A stretch of DNA of 64,000 nucleotides from Squalus acanthias (Eukaryota): contig CM059438.1 of NCBI GenBank assembly GCA_030390025.1, positions 69,380,001-69,444,000 of the forward strand, written 5' to 3'. The stretch's first letter is position 1. Every line of letters begins with the position of its first letter. The position numbers were made by a program, and so were the translations under genes. The notes below the pieces were generated by a model. It was given only the letters and a program-made list of their open reading frames with translations. It did not search any database and was not told the DNA's origin. This document shows, one piece after another, positions 11,552 to 22,628 of this stretch.

Positions 11552-12325
11552 GGCCCAGAAATTGTTGGAAAAATAATGGTGAGTTCACGGCGTCCGTCAT
11601 TATTATTGTGTTAAAAAAAGCAGCAATTTGTGGCGAGGAAGAGATATGCCATGCGTTGCAAATTGCCACAAATTGCTGGGAGATTTGCGCCACTCCGCTG
11701 TTAGCCTCTCAAAAATGGCAGCACACCATCAACCTCCCCATTGAGATGCATTGAGTGTCAAGAAATCGCTGGATTTGCAGAAGAAATATGAATTAATCTC
11801 ACCACAGCCATTTAGGGCTGGTAATTCATGTCACAGAAACCCTGATTTATGACCCTAACATGCCACTTGACATTTTGAGTCCCAGAAAGGGAACAATGAA
11901 ACTGTGGAGTATCACTCCTGCAGGTAGTAAAATGTTCCTGGAGGTTTTTCAAATTTCACATTTTAAGTTTTTTAAATTTTTCTTACTTTTCCTTTCTGTC
12001 TGTCTTTTTTCGCTCTCTCTCTTAATATGCTCTCTTACTTTCCCTCTCTTTATTTCTCTTTCTGTATCTAATTTGACTCTAACTCACCCGATTTCCTTCC
12101 CCGTCATTTGCTCTGTTTCTTTCTCTATCCTTAACCTGGTTAAGGAGATAGACCACCGGACCCGAAGTTCATGAGGTCCCAGATGCCCTGTTGAAGTCAT
12201 CAGGCTTTTATCAATTTGCATTTCCAGCAATTTGTGGTGCAAAAATAATACGACCTGATGGATGAGGTAAAACAACCAATTCACGCTCTCGCCAGGAGAT
12301 GCACCGCACCAGCAATTTCTGGGTC
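11552..12325. mobile_element. Harbinger-type MITE
   Basis: TIRs GGCCCAGAAATTGTTGG / CCAGCAATTTCTGGGTC. Confidence 0.7.
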
Positions 12326-13282
12326 CAAATATTGGTTTGAAAACCTTTCCCTTAGATAAGATAACCCTCCAATTTCCCATTGGCCATCTAGGCTGCTGTT
12401 CACAGGGAATATATGGGTATTAAATGTTCTCTGCAGTCCTAGAATACACATACACAGAACTATGCTGGGTCAAATGAATATGATATTCAGCTACAAGGTT
12501 AACATCACATGGGGTATATTTGCTGTAACGTATCGCATGTAAAGCAACTCTTCCTCATTTACAAATGCTCATGTAAGATGCACACTCGCATGCAACATGC
12601 ACTTGAGTTCTGGGTTCATTTTCCAACGTTAAAATAGTGCACATTATGTGCATAAATAGCTCAAATCTGTTTTCTTAAAGCATTCGCAAATAATGGCCCG
12701 GAATTTCCTAAAAACTCACGTCGATACAATGGCATAAGTATGGCATAATGCCGATTGACGCCCGGTTTTACTCTACGTCCGAATTTCCTTGATCTTTTAT
12801 GCCGATTCTGCGAAACCGCTGCCAAAACCCTCTGCCACTCATTAACGTAGCTCCACCCCTCATGCAAAAGTGCAGCTCATGCGAATTTTCTGAATTTATG
12901 ACTGTTCTGAATGGGCTGTAAATTTATATCTACAATTTAGAGGCACAACAGGACCCAAAATCATATTTCTCGTGTTTTATGGTGATTTCTTTTCAGCAAT
13001 TTTTAAAAATTTCTCCTTACTGAGACCTAAAATATATTATATGTGTCTTTGAAATGCATCTTTATGGCATCAGAATGATTTGCATTAAAAATTGAAAGAC
13101 TTCCACAGTTACATTGCCATTTTCAAATAAAAAATGTGCGTTATACACAAAAAAATACTTTTTGGCCCATGCAAGCAGGAAAACACTTCTGAAATAAAGA
13201 AATACATTCTCCAGGATCAGGATGAGGTTGCCATGAATTTTCTGTCACCTCTCATTTCAACATACTGTTCACTATTCATAAA

Positions 13283-13490
13283 AGAGAAAATGCTGGAAAT
13301 ACACAGCAGGTCATTCAGTATCTGAAAAAAGAAATGATTCAAGTTTTGAGTGTAATACCTCTGATCCTTCCCTAGCTCTGACAAGCAGTGTTAGAATTGC
13401 AAATGTTCTCTTTACAGAAGCTGACTGACTAGCCTGCTGTGAACTTTCAGCATATTCAGATTATATTTCACCATTCTGGCATTTGCAGTA
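13283..13490. mobile_element. degraded Penelope-type pLTR foldback
   Basis: GAAAATGCTGGAAATACACAGCAGG ... CCTGCTGTGAACTTTCAGCAT inverted remnants of the 10.9/63.0-kb family. Confidence 0.55.
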
Positions 13491-14460
13491 AATTTTTAAA
13501 TTGTTCACCAAAAAGAGTTAAGAGTTTTTAGCAATCTCCTAAGAAATATTGGGTGGGGTAATGTCCTGGAAAATTGTGCAATAGCAATAGCGTATTTACG
13601 TTATTAGGTCCGTTTTCCAGTGCATAAGTTTCAGGAAATTATGGCATATATGAGTTACACCACTATTTACGCTACGCCATAATTCCCTGGGACTTTTGCG
13701 CAGCTCTGCCAGAACCCTCACTGAAACCGTAAAAAGTTGATTCAAGGCAATAGTGATTGCGAATTTCCTAGGTTTGCGCCAGTTTTTTCAACGTGACCAC
13801 CTAGGCTGAAAAATCAGGTGCAGGTGGGCCCTTGGCCCCCTGGCAGCGATGTTGACCTATGGCTCTCGCATGATTCTCAGACTGGGAGGACCACTATTGC
13901 TTTGGAGCTTCATCTCTGCAGTCTGGAATTGATCCCTCCTTCTGCTTCTCTGTTACTGAGGTCTTCAATTTTGTCTGTTCTGCCATCCAGAGTCTTGTGG
14001 GTGTCTGACGTCAATATTTTCAGGACCCCACCCGCCTCCACCGCCACCACACTGGCACCCCAGCACTCTCAAGATGTGCAGAAGCACAAAGGATTGCAAC
14101 AACCTTTCCACTGAGCATTCCCCTATTCTCTATTATCGTGGACAGCGTCGCTTAATAATTGCATGTGGTTGGTTTTCGGGGTCCACCATTGGCTGCGCCA
14201 CCTCTGAGGTCCCTGATTCTTCACAATGCTCGCTCTGGTGCATTCAAGTTATTTCCCCAAGAAATTCTGGAGTAAGATCGGTGAGCAAAATGGTGCAAGT
14301 TACGACGTGTGCCACCGGTCACACGGCTCCAGGAAATTTTGCACCATTTTGTTTTATTGCTGCAAACTCACTTTTCTTAAAAACTAAACTGAAGTTTTTC
14401 TTTAACAGGGACTTGTTCAGGGTCAGCTGATGTAGCTTCAGTGTGATAGCATCAATGAAA

Positions 14461-14474
14461 CATGCCATGGCAAC
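14461..14474. promoter_or_regulatory. RFX X-box-like site
   Basis: CATGCCATGGCAAC matches the palindrome GTTGCCATGGCAAC at 12 of 14 positions and lies next to a CpG-rich block. Confidence 0.4.
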
Positions 14475-14503
14475 AATTCTCATTTGCTTTTTTTTTTGTC
14501 TAC

Positions 14504-15020
14504 CTTTTCTCAGTTTGGTACATTTAATGCTCAAGGGGGAAAAAAATGTCATGGCCTTGCGAAGAACAAGCAGGTGATACAGTGACATTATCCTGAACGA
14601 GGTGACCAGCTCTGGGCTTTCACCCCTCCCGCTGTGCAGATAGAAAGGATGGGAAGTACTGGACACATTCTCAGTTGTATCCAACTCCAGCGAACCAGCC
14701 ACCGCGCACTCTCCAGTTCAGGTACATAACACACATACACAAACTCTTCCAGAGGGTCTTCCTGGGCGGCCGATCGATGCTCGCAGCGCGCCGGCCTGTT
14801 CTGCAGCAAATACCCCGGCGATGTGTTTTTTATCTTTTCTCTCGAAAGAGGCGCAGCCTGTGAAGAAGCTATGCTGCTTATCGACTGCGATCAACTGCTG
14901 TTTGTTTACATGATCCGTGACCTTAAGCGCTTCGAGACGAAAGTAAACTACCCACAGAGAGCGGCATCAAAGCCAATTTAGCAGCGCTCAGATTCTATCG
15001 CACTCCCCCTCCTCCTCCCC
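14504..15020 (-). promoter_or_regulatory. CpG-rich putative promoter / first non-coding exon of a divergently transcribed gene (BRINP family by synteny inference)
   Basis: Non-repetitive-looking CpG-rich block at 14690-15000, with a GGGGAGGAGGAGGGGG tract upstream on the minus strand and a minus-strand donor AAG|GTAGAC at 14504/14503. It sits head-to-head with astrotactin exon 1. Confidence 0.4.
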
Positions 15021-15631
15021 TCATATATATATATATATATATTTATATTTTAAAACTATAGTTAAGCCAGCATCGATTTGATATTTTTTATCTGACAGCA
15101 AGGGTTGACATTTGCCGTGTTAGAGGGGAATTATGAAGAAATGAAGTCCGGAAGAAACACATCGGCTGAATCTAATTTACAAAATGTGCATCGGCTCGAG
15201 CGTCTTACCAATAAAGAATATGTTTCTGTGCAGTTCGGCAATGGTGAATGACACTATTTCTAATTGTACATTTGTGGGAATGGGATAACATTTGAACAAA
15301 AATCATCTCAAAACTGTTTATTAAATCATGACTTTTTTGAGGGAGGAGAATCTGTATCCGCTGCAAAACTGCAGACAGAAGAAATATGTAAATACCTGAA
15401 AGGAAAGAGTGAACTCACCATCTTTGGCTGTCACTTTGTATTAATTAAAAAAAAAGTTTTATTAAAAATAGTGAATTTGCTTCTGGAGAATACTTTTTTT
15501 TATAAAACGTGGTGCATTAATAATAATCGAAGCCAGCAGCTCCTTAATTTTCCACAAGAGGAAGCTGAGCGGCTGGGAGCTGTCACATGAGGGCTGTGGA
15601 GAAGAAGAGAAGGTGAAGTGAATCCACAATG

Positions 15632-15720
15632 GGTTTGTTTGGGGGGCAGTGTGTGTGTTTGAGGGGCAGTGTGTGTGTGTTTGAGGGGCAGTGTGTGTGT
15701 GTTTGGGGGGCAGTGTGTGT
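15632..15720. repeat. GT-rich minisatellite (GGGGCAGTGTGTGTGTTT unit)
   Basis: About 4 tandem units, related to the array at 18346-20316. Confidence 0.85.
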
Positions 15721-16178
15721 TTTTTTTATATTCGTTCATGGGATCTGGGCGTCGCTGGCAAGGCCAGCATTTATTGCCCATCCCTAGTTGCCCTTGAGAA
15801 GGTGGTGGTTCTTGAACCGCTGCAGTCCGTGTGGTGAAGGTACTCCCACAGCGCTGTTAGGGAGGGAGTTCCAGGATTTTGACCCAGCGACAATGAAGGA
15901 ACGGCCGATACACTTCCAAGTCAGGATGGTGTGTGACTTGGAGGGGAACTTGGAGGTGGTGGTGTTCCCATGCGCCTGCTGCCCTTGTCCTTCTAGGTGG
16001 TAGAGGTCGTGGGATTGGGAGGTGCTGCCGAAGAAGCCTTGGCGAGTTGCTGCAGTGCATCTTGTAGATGGTACACACTGCAGCCACGGTGCGCCGGTGG
16101 TGGAGGGAATGAATGTTTAAGGTGGTGGATGGGGTGCCAATCAAGCGGGCTGCTTTGTCTTAGATGGTGTCGAGCTTG
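15721..16178 (-). mobile_element. CR1-group LINE 3' fragment with poly(A) end
   Basis: Minus ORF LIGTPSTTLNIHSLHHRRTVAAVCTIYKMHCSNSPRLLRQHLP is a typical LINE ORF2 C-terminus; T-run at 15720-15727. Confidence 0.8.
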
Positions 16179-16192
16179 TTGCCACAGTATTT

Positions 16193-17247
16193 ATTAGCTC
16201 CACTCCAGCGGGGAGCTTACTGAGGGTGAGATGGAGCATTGCAGCCAGGAAGATCGAGAAGAGCGTTGGTGCGATGACACAGCCTTGCTTGACCCCGGTC
16301 CGTAGGTGAATTGGGTCTGTGGAGGATCCGTTGGTCAGGATCACAGCTTGCATGTCATCATGAAGCAGGCGGAGGATGGTGACAAACTTTTGAGGGCAGC
16401 CAAATTTGAGGAGGACACTCCATAATCCCTCACGGTTGACGGTGTCAAAGGCCTTTGTGAGGTCAAAGAAGGCCATGTACAGCGGTTGGTGCTGTTCCCT
16501 GCATTTCTCTTGTAGTTGACGTGCGGTGAAGATCATGTCCATTGTGCCCCTTAGTGGGCGGAATCCGCATTGCGACTCTGGGAGATGCTCTCCAGCGACT
16601 GGGAGAAGGCGATTGAGGAGGATTCTTGCAATGACTTTCCTTGTGGCAGACAGCAGGGAGACTCCTCTGTAATTACTGCAATCGGACTTGTCACCTTTCT
16701 TGAATATGGTCACGATTACGGCATCTCTGAAATCCCCTGGCATGCTCTCCTCCTTCCAAATAAGAGAAATGAGTTCATGTATTCACGCCAATAGTGCTTC
16801 TCCGCCATGTTTTAGCGCCTCGGCAGGGATTCCATCTGCTCCTGAGGCCTTGTTGTTCTTCAGTTGTCGGATGGCCTTTTCAACCTCATGCCGGGCTGGG
16901 GTTGTGCTGAGGTGGTGGCGGGTAGCATGCTGCGGGATGGAGTTGAGGACACTCGCGTTGAAGACAGAGTCTCGGTTAAGGAGATCTTCGAAGTGTTCCT
17001 TCCAGCGGGTACTGACTGCCTCTCTGTCCTTGATGAGTACCTCTCCATTCTTGGCCCGCATTGGGAAGGACCTTGAGTGCTTGGGCCGTAGGTGGTCTTG
17101 ACTGCGCTAAAGAATCCACGCATGTCGTGGTTGTCGGCTAGCTGCTGGATCTCCTGCACTTCCTCCACCCACCATCTGTTCTTTAGGTTGCGAGTTTTTT
17201 GTTGGACCTCGGCCTTCAGGCGTCTGTAGAGCTGCTTTCTTGCTCTC
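16193..17247 (-). mobile_element. RTE-clade LINE, inverted 5' segment (RT N-terminal part)
   Basis: KASGADGIPAEALK...DAVIVTIFKKGDKSDCSNYRGVSLLS...ESQCGFRP...FFDLTKAFDTV...GVKQGCVIAPTLF...GVELI. Confidence 0.92.
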
Positions 17248-17248
17248 T

Positions 17249-18345
17249 TAATCTACAGAACAAACGGGAAACTGTTCAACCTCTGTCGCCTCCAGTCCAG
17301 ATCCAAGGTCGTCCCATCCTCTGTCATCGAATTACAGTATGCAGCCGACACTTGCGTCTGCGCACACTCTGAGGCCGAACTCCAAACCATCATCAACACC
17401 TTCACCGAAGCATACGAGAGCATGGGCCTTACACTAAACATCCGTAAGACAAAGGTCCTCTATCAACCTGCCCCCGCCACACAGTACTGCTCCCCGATTA
17501 TCAAAATCCATGACGAGGCCTTGGACAACGTGGACCACTTTCCATACCTCGGGAGCCTACTGTCAACAAGGGCAGATGTCGATGATGAAGTCCAACACTG
17601 CCTTCAGTGTGACAGTGCAGCCTTTGGTCGCCTGAGGAAGAGAGTGTTTGAAGACCAGGAGCGCAAACCCAGCACCAAGCTCATGGTCTACAGAGCAGTA
17701 GTGATACCCACCCTCCCATATGCTTCAGAGACATGGACCATTTACAGCAGGCACCTCAAAGCACTGGAGAGGTACCACCAATGCTGCCTCCGCAAGATCC
17801 TGCAAATCCATTGGCAGAATAGGCGCACCAACGTCAGTGTTCTCGCTCAGGCCAACATCCCCAGCATTGAAGCTTTGACCATGCTCGATCAGCTCCGATG
17901 GATGGGTCACATCATCTGCATGCCCGATACGAGACTCCCAAAACAAGCGCTCTACTCGGAGCTCTGACACAGCAAGAGAGCCCCAGGTGGGCAGAGGAAA
18001 CACTTCAAGGACACCCTCAAAGCCTCCTTGAAAAAGTGCAACATCCCCACCAACACCTGGGAATCCCTGGCCCAAGACCGCACAAAGTGGAGAAGAAGCA
18101 TTCGGGAAGGCGCCTGAACACCTCGAGTCTCCTTGCCGGGAGCAAGCGGAGGCCAAGTGCAAACAGCGGAAGGAGCGCACGTCAACCTAAGCACCCCACC
18201 CACCCGCCCCTTCAACCACCATCTGCCCCACCTGTGACAGAGACTGTAGGTCCCGCATTGGACTCATCAGTCACCTGAGAACTCATTTTTAGTGTGGAAG
18301 CAAGTCATCCTCGGTTCCGAGGGACTGCCTAAGAAGAAGAAGAAG
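17249..18345 (+). mobile_element. RTE-clade LINE, forward 3' segment with (AAG)5 tail
   Basis: IYRTNGKLFNL...LQYAADTCVCAH (YADD mutated)...FPYLGS...QLRWMGH...CPTCDRDCRSRIGLISHLRTH; in-frame stops are present. Confidence 0.92.
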
Positions 18346-20316
18346 AGTCTGTGGGGGGACAGTGAGTGTGTGAGTGTGAGTGGGGGGACAGTGAGTGTGT
18401 GAGTGTGAGTGGGGGGACAGTGAGTGTGTGAGCGTGAGTGGGGGTCAGTGTGAGTGTGTCAGTGGGGGGACAGTGTGTGTGTGTGAGTGGTGTGACTGTG
18501 AGTGTGTGAGTGTGAGTGGGGGGACAGTGAGTGTGTGAGTGTGAGTGGTGTGACTGTGAGTGTGTGAGTGTGAGTGGGGGGACAGTGAGTGTGAGTGTGA
18601 GTGGGGGGACAGTGAGTGTGTGAGTGTGAGTGGTGTGACTGTGAGTGTGTGAGTGTGAGTGGGGGGACAGTGAGTGTGTGAGTGTGAGTGGGGGGACAGT
18701 GAGTGTGTGAGTGTGAGGACAGTGTGTGAGTGTGTCAGTGTGAGTGGGGGGGGCAGTGAGTCTGTGAGTGTGTCAGTGTGAGTGGGGGGGACAGTCAGTG
18801 TGTCAGTGTGAGTGGGGGGGGCGGTGAGTGTGTCAGCGGGAGTGTGTCGGAGGGGGGCAGTGTGTGAGTGTGAGTGAGTGGGGGACGGTGTGTGAGTGTG
18901 TGTGTGATGGGGGTTGGTGAGTGTGAGTTGGGAGACAGAGTGTGAGTTGGGGGGGCAGTGTGTCAGTGTGAGTGTGAGGACAGTGAGTGTGTGAGTGTGA
19001 GGACAGTGAGTGTGAGTTTGTGAGGACAGTGAGTGTGTGAGGACAGTGAGTGTGTGAGTGTGAGGGCAGTGAGTTGTGAGTGTGTGAGTGGGGGACAGTG
19101 AGTGTGAGGAAAGTGAGTGTGAGGACAGTGAGTGTGAGGACAGTGAGTGTGTCAGTGTGAGTGTGATTGGGGGCAGTGAGTGTGAGGACAGCAAGTGTGT
19201 CAGTGTGAGTGTGAGGACAGAGTGTGTGAGTGTGAGGACAGAGTGTGTGAGTGTGAGGACAGAGTGTGTGGGTGTGAGTGTGAGGACAGTGTGTGAGTGT
19301 GAGGACAGAGTGTGTCAGTGTGAGTGTGAGGACAGAGTGTGTGAGTGTGAGGACAGAGTGTGTGAGTGTGAGTGTGTGAGTGTGAGGACAGTGTGTGTGA
19401 GTGTGAGGACAGTGTGTGAGTGTGAGGACCGAGTGTGTCAGTGTGAGTGTGAGGACAGAGTGTGTCAGTGTGAGTGTGAGGACAGAGTGTGTCAGTGTGA
19501 GTACAGTGAGTGTGTCAGTGTGAGTGTGAGGACAGAGTGTGTGAGGACAGTGTGTGAGTGTGAGGACTGAGTGTGTGAGGACAGAGTGTGAGTGTGAGGA
19601 CAGAGTGTGTGAGGACAGTGTGTGAGTGTGAGGACAGAGAGTGTGAGGACAGAGTGTGTGAGGACAGTGTGTGAGTGTGAGGACAGAGAGTGTGAGGACA
19701 GAGTGTGTGAGGACAGTGTGTGAGTGTGAGGACAGAGGGTGAGTGTGAGGACAGAGTGTGAGGACAGAGTGTGAGTGTGAGGACAATGTGTGAGTGTGAG
19801 GACAGAGTGTGAGTGTGAGGACAGAGTGTGAGGACAGAGTGTGTGAGTGTGAGGACAGAGTGTGAGGACAGAGTGTGAGTGTGAGGACAGAGTGTGTGTG
19901 AGTGTGAGGACAGAGTGTGTGAGGACAGAGTGTGAGTGTGAGGACAGAGTGTGTGAGGACAGAGTGTGAGTGTGAGGATAGAGTGTGTCAGTGTGAGTGT
20001 GAGGACAGAGTGTGTCAGTGTGAGTGTGAGGACAGTGTGTGAGTGTGAGGACAGAGTGTGTGAGTGTGAGGACAGAGTGTGAGTGTGAGGACAGAGTGTG
20101 TGTGAGTGTGAGGACAGAGTGTGTGAGGACAGAGTGTGAGTGTGAGGACAGAGGGTGAGTGTGAGGACAGAGTGTGTGAGTGTGAGGACAGAGTGTGAGT
20201 GTGAGGACAGAGTGTGTCAGTGTGAGGACAGTGTGTGTGAGGACAGTGTGTGAGTGTGAGGACAGAGTGTGTGTGAGTGTGAGGACAGAGTGTGAGTGTG
20301 AGGACAGAGTGTGAGT
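18346..20316. repeat. 2-kb GT-rich minisatellite: (GTGTGA)n interspersed with GGGGGGACA, then GAGGACA units
   Basis: Directly visible; it ends at the GC box of the astrotactin promoter. Confidence 0.97.
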
Positions 20317-20578
20317 GGGCGGGAGGCTCTGTCTTTAAGCGGCGCGTGCCGGCTGCTCCCCTTCACCTGGAGCTCGAGCCCCGTGTGTCCGCGCCACCTC
20401 CTGGACACCAGCTCCACATCGCCGAAGAAGTAGAGGAGAAAGCGGTGTGTGTGTGTGTGTGAGAGGAGACGGCAGCAGCAGCGATCCCCGGCTCCCGCTC
20501 GCCTTTTTTTAATTATTATTATTTTTAACCCCTCCTCCCTCTCCCTTTCCTTTTTTTGCACCATCGGCAGCCGCCGGC
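20317..20578 (+). promoter_or_regulatory. astrotactin promoter / 5' UTR in a CpG island
   Basis: GGGCGGG GC box at 20317, TTTAAG at about 20334, high CpG density, (GT)n at 20446-20461; start context GCCGGCATGG is Kozak-like. Confidence 0.7.
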
Positions 20579-20834
20579 ATGGCTCTCCGAGCCGCCCTGC
20601 AAGCCATCCTGGGCTGCCTGCTGACGGCTTCGGCCGAGATCTCCAAGGAGGGCGGCTGCAAAGTGAAGACAGTGACCGTGTCCACCCTGCCCGTGCTCCG
20701 GGAGAACGACATCAGCTTCCACGGGGCGCTGGCGGCAGAGTCCAAGCTCTTCCTCTTCGTCCGTAACGACCTGCCGGGCGAGATCTTGGTGGTGGACGAC
20801 CTGGAGAACACCGAGCTCCCTTACTTCACCCTGG
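20579..20834 (+). CDS. ASTN: astrotactin-family gene (ASTN1/ASTN2-like; paralogue unresolved), coding exon 1
   Basis: [19 protein letters not shown] (signal peptide-like) then [19 protein letters not shown]...[34 protein letters not shown], which matches the astrotactin N-terminus ([11 protein letters not shown] motif). Phase-1 donor CTGG|GTAAGT at 20834/20835. I found no exon 2 (WRQQWLENG) in the window. Confidence 0.95.
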
Positions 20835-22204
20835 GTAAGTTCAGCTTGTGGGGCTGGAGCACTGAGAGAGAGAGAGACTCCGGGAGTGGAGTGACTGTGG
20901 AGAGGGGAAACCTTTCAGAAACGTCTTCCAACTACTTTTTTTTTGGTGCCAAGAAATGTTATGCTTTAGATTCGGACTTCTGCACAATGCGAGTGGAAGG
21001 GCATTTTTTTTTTGGCGGGTGGGGGTTGGGGGGGAATGATGCATTTCAAACAGCAATTGTGCTGGGATCAGACTTTATCCCCTGTGTTGGTGAACTGAGA
21101 ACGTGAGGTTGCTTTTGAAATGTGCCGGCGGGTCACAGTCACGATTGGAGATGTCGGTACAGGTTGTGACAGTGTCAACTGAGAGAGAGAGAGAGAAATC
21201 GAGATCTTGCTGCATTGTGTTTGCAATGTCTTTTGGATAAATTTTTGCAGAGCTCAAATCTGGGTATTTACTGCGGGGAAACGGCGTTTGACCCTGCCGA
21301 TATCACGGGCTTGCAGTCGTTGTAAAGTCGCCCTGCTGTAGCATTGCATGCTCTGACACCGAGAAATGCGATGACTTTCGTGGTACCTTTCCTCCTCTCA
21401 GAGCTTGCGATGGGTGCTCCCCGGGTGGGATAGAAGATGTTTCGAGGTCCTAATGCCCGCGGCATTTTTTGAAGACGGAAAATAAAGTATGTGATTTCCC
21501 CCGCTCCCTTTACAAATGAGATAGGACGAAAATCTGAAATGCAAATTACGGGGGGCATCGGCATAATTCCTCAGATCTTAGTGTTCGCGGTTCATTTACT
21601 TGAGTGCAGAATTGCTCGTGGCTGCGAGGGTTTTAATTGGGATTGGAGTACTTCTCGTTTAGTGCAATGTGCAATTCTGCGTTTTCAGTGTTTTTTTAGA
21701 TTGAAATCAGCAAAATCAAACACTGCAAGATAACAGAACAAAGCAGTGCTTCCTGAACACGCTTCTCAATGATAGAACTCCAAAAGTGTTAACAAGTTCA
21801 GAATATTTACTTTTGATGCTTCTTAAAGTTTATTTCAAACCGGCTGACACCTCCACAAAAATAGAGCGGGATTTCGACAAAGGTGTCGTACTTTCGGATG
21901 CTGTTACCTTCACAGGACCATTGTACTCACAGAAAGGTGTTGGATAAGATTGTTTTAGTGAGAAAAACAGCCTGAATAGCCGTGGTCCGAAGATTTCCTC
22001 TGTGCACCAAGGTGTAGTGAAATCATAAAGTAGCTTTTTACAAACCCTTTAATGGTTTTGCAAAACCTAACACACAGAGGAAATATCCCTTCCCTGTCAT
22101 TTTTGTCACAGTGCCACGGCAGTGATGGATTTGATGCATTTCAGTGCAATTTGTTCTCCTGTGATTGTAAAATAAAAGAGAAAATGGGGTTTGCTAAAGA
22201 CTTT

Positions 22205-22628
22205 GGAACTTACATTTATGTTGCAACTTTCATGACTTTAGGATGTCCCAAAGTGTTTCAAGCACTTTCTGAAGTATAGTCACTGTTGTAATGTCGGGCA
22301 ACGTGTCAGACAATTTGTGCACAGCAAGGCCCCACAATGAGTTAAATGACCCAGATGATCTGTTTTGATGGTCTTGGTTGAAGGGTAAATGTTGAGGCCA
22401 GTCCACCGGGAGAACTCTTCTTCGAAAATGTCATGGGATCTTTTATGCCCCCACCCCCGAGAGAACAGATGGGTGTAATGTTGCATTTTAAAGACAGCTT
22501 CTCTGACAGTGCAGCACTCCCTTCATAATGCATTGAAGTGTCAGCCTAGATTGTGTGCTCAAATCTCTGGAGTGGGGTTTGAAACCACAGCCTTGTGACT
22601 CAGGGGTGAGAGTGCTACCACTGAGCCA
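22205..22628 (-). mobile_element. Deu-domain SINE (SacSINE1-like), near full length
   Basis: Colinear with 57481-57976. Confidence 0.85.

Noticed and set aside
18445..19786. Long His/Thr/Ser- and Cys/Glu-rich ORFs
   Set aside because: These are translations of the minisatellite.
18346..20316. CRISPR-like repeat array
   Set aside because: There are no unique spacers and the context is eukaryotic.
20835..21106. Read-through of the 175-aa ORF beyond FTL
   Set aside because: Astrotactin similarity stops at a canonical GTAAGT donor, so the rest is intron.
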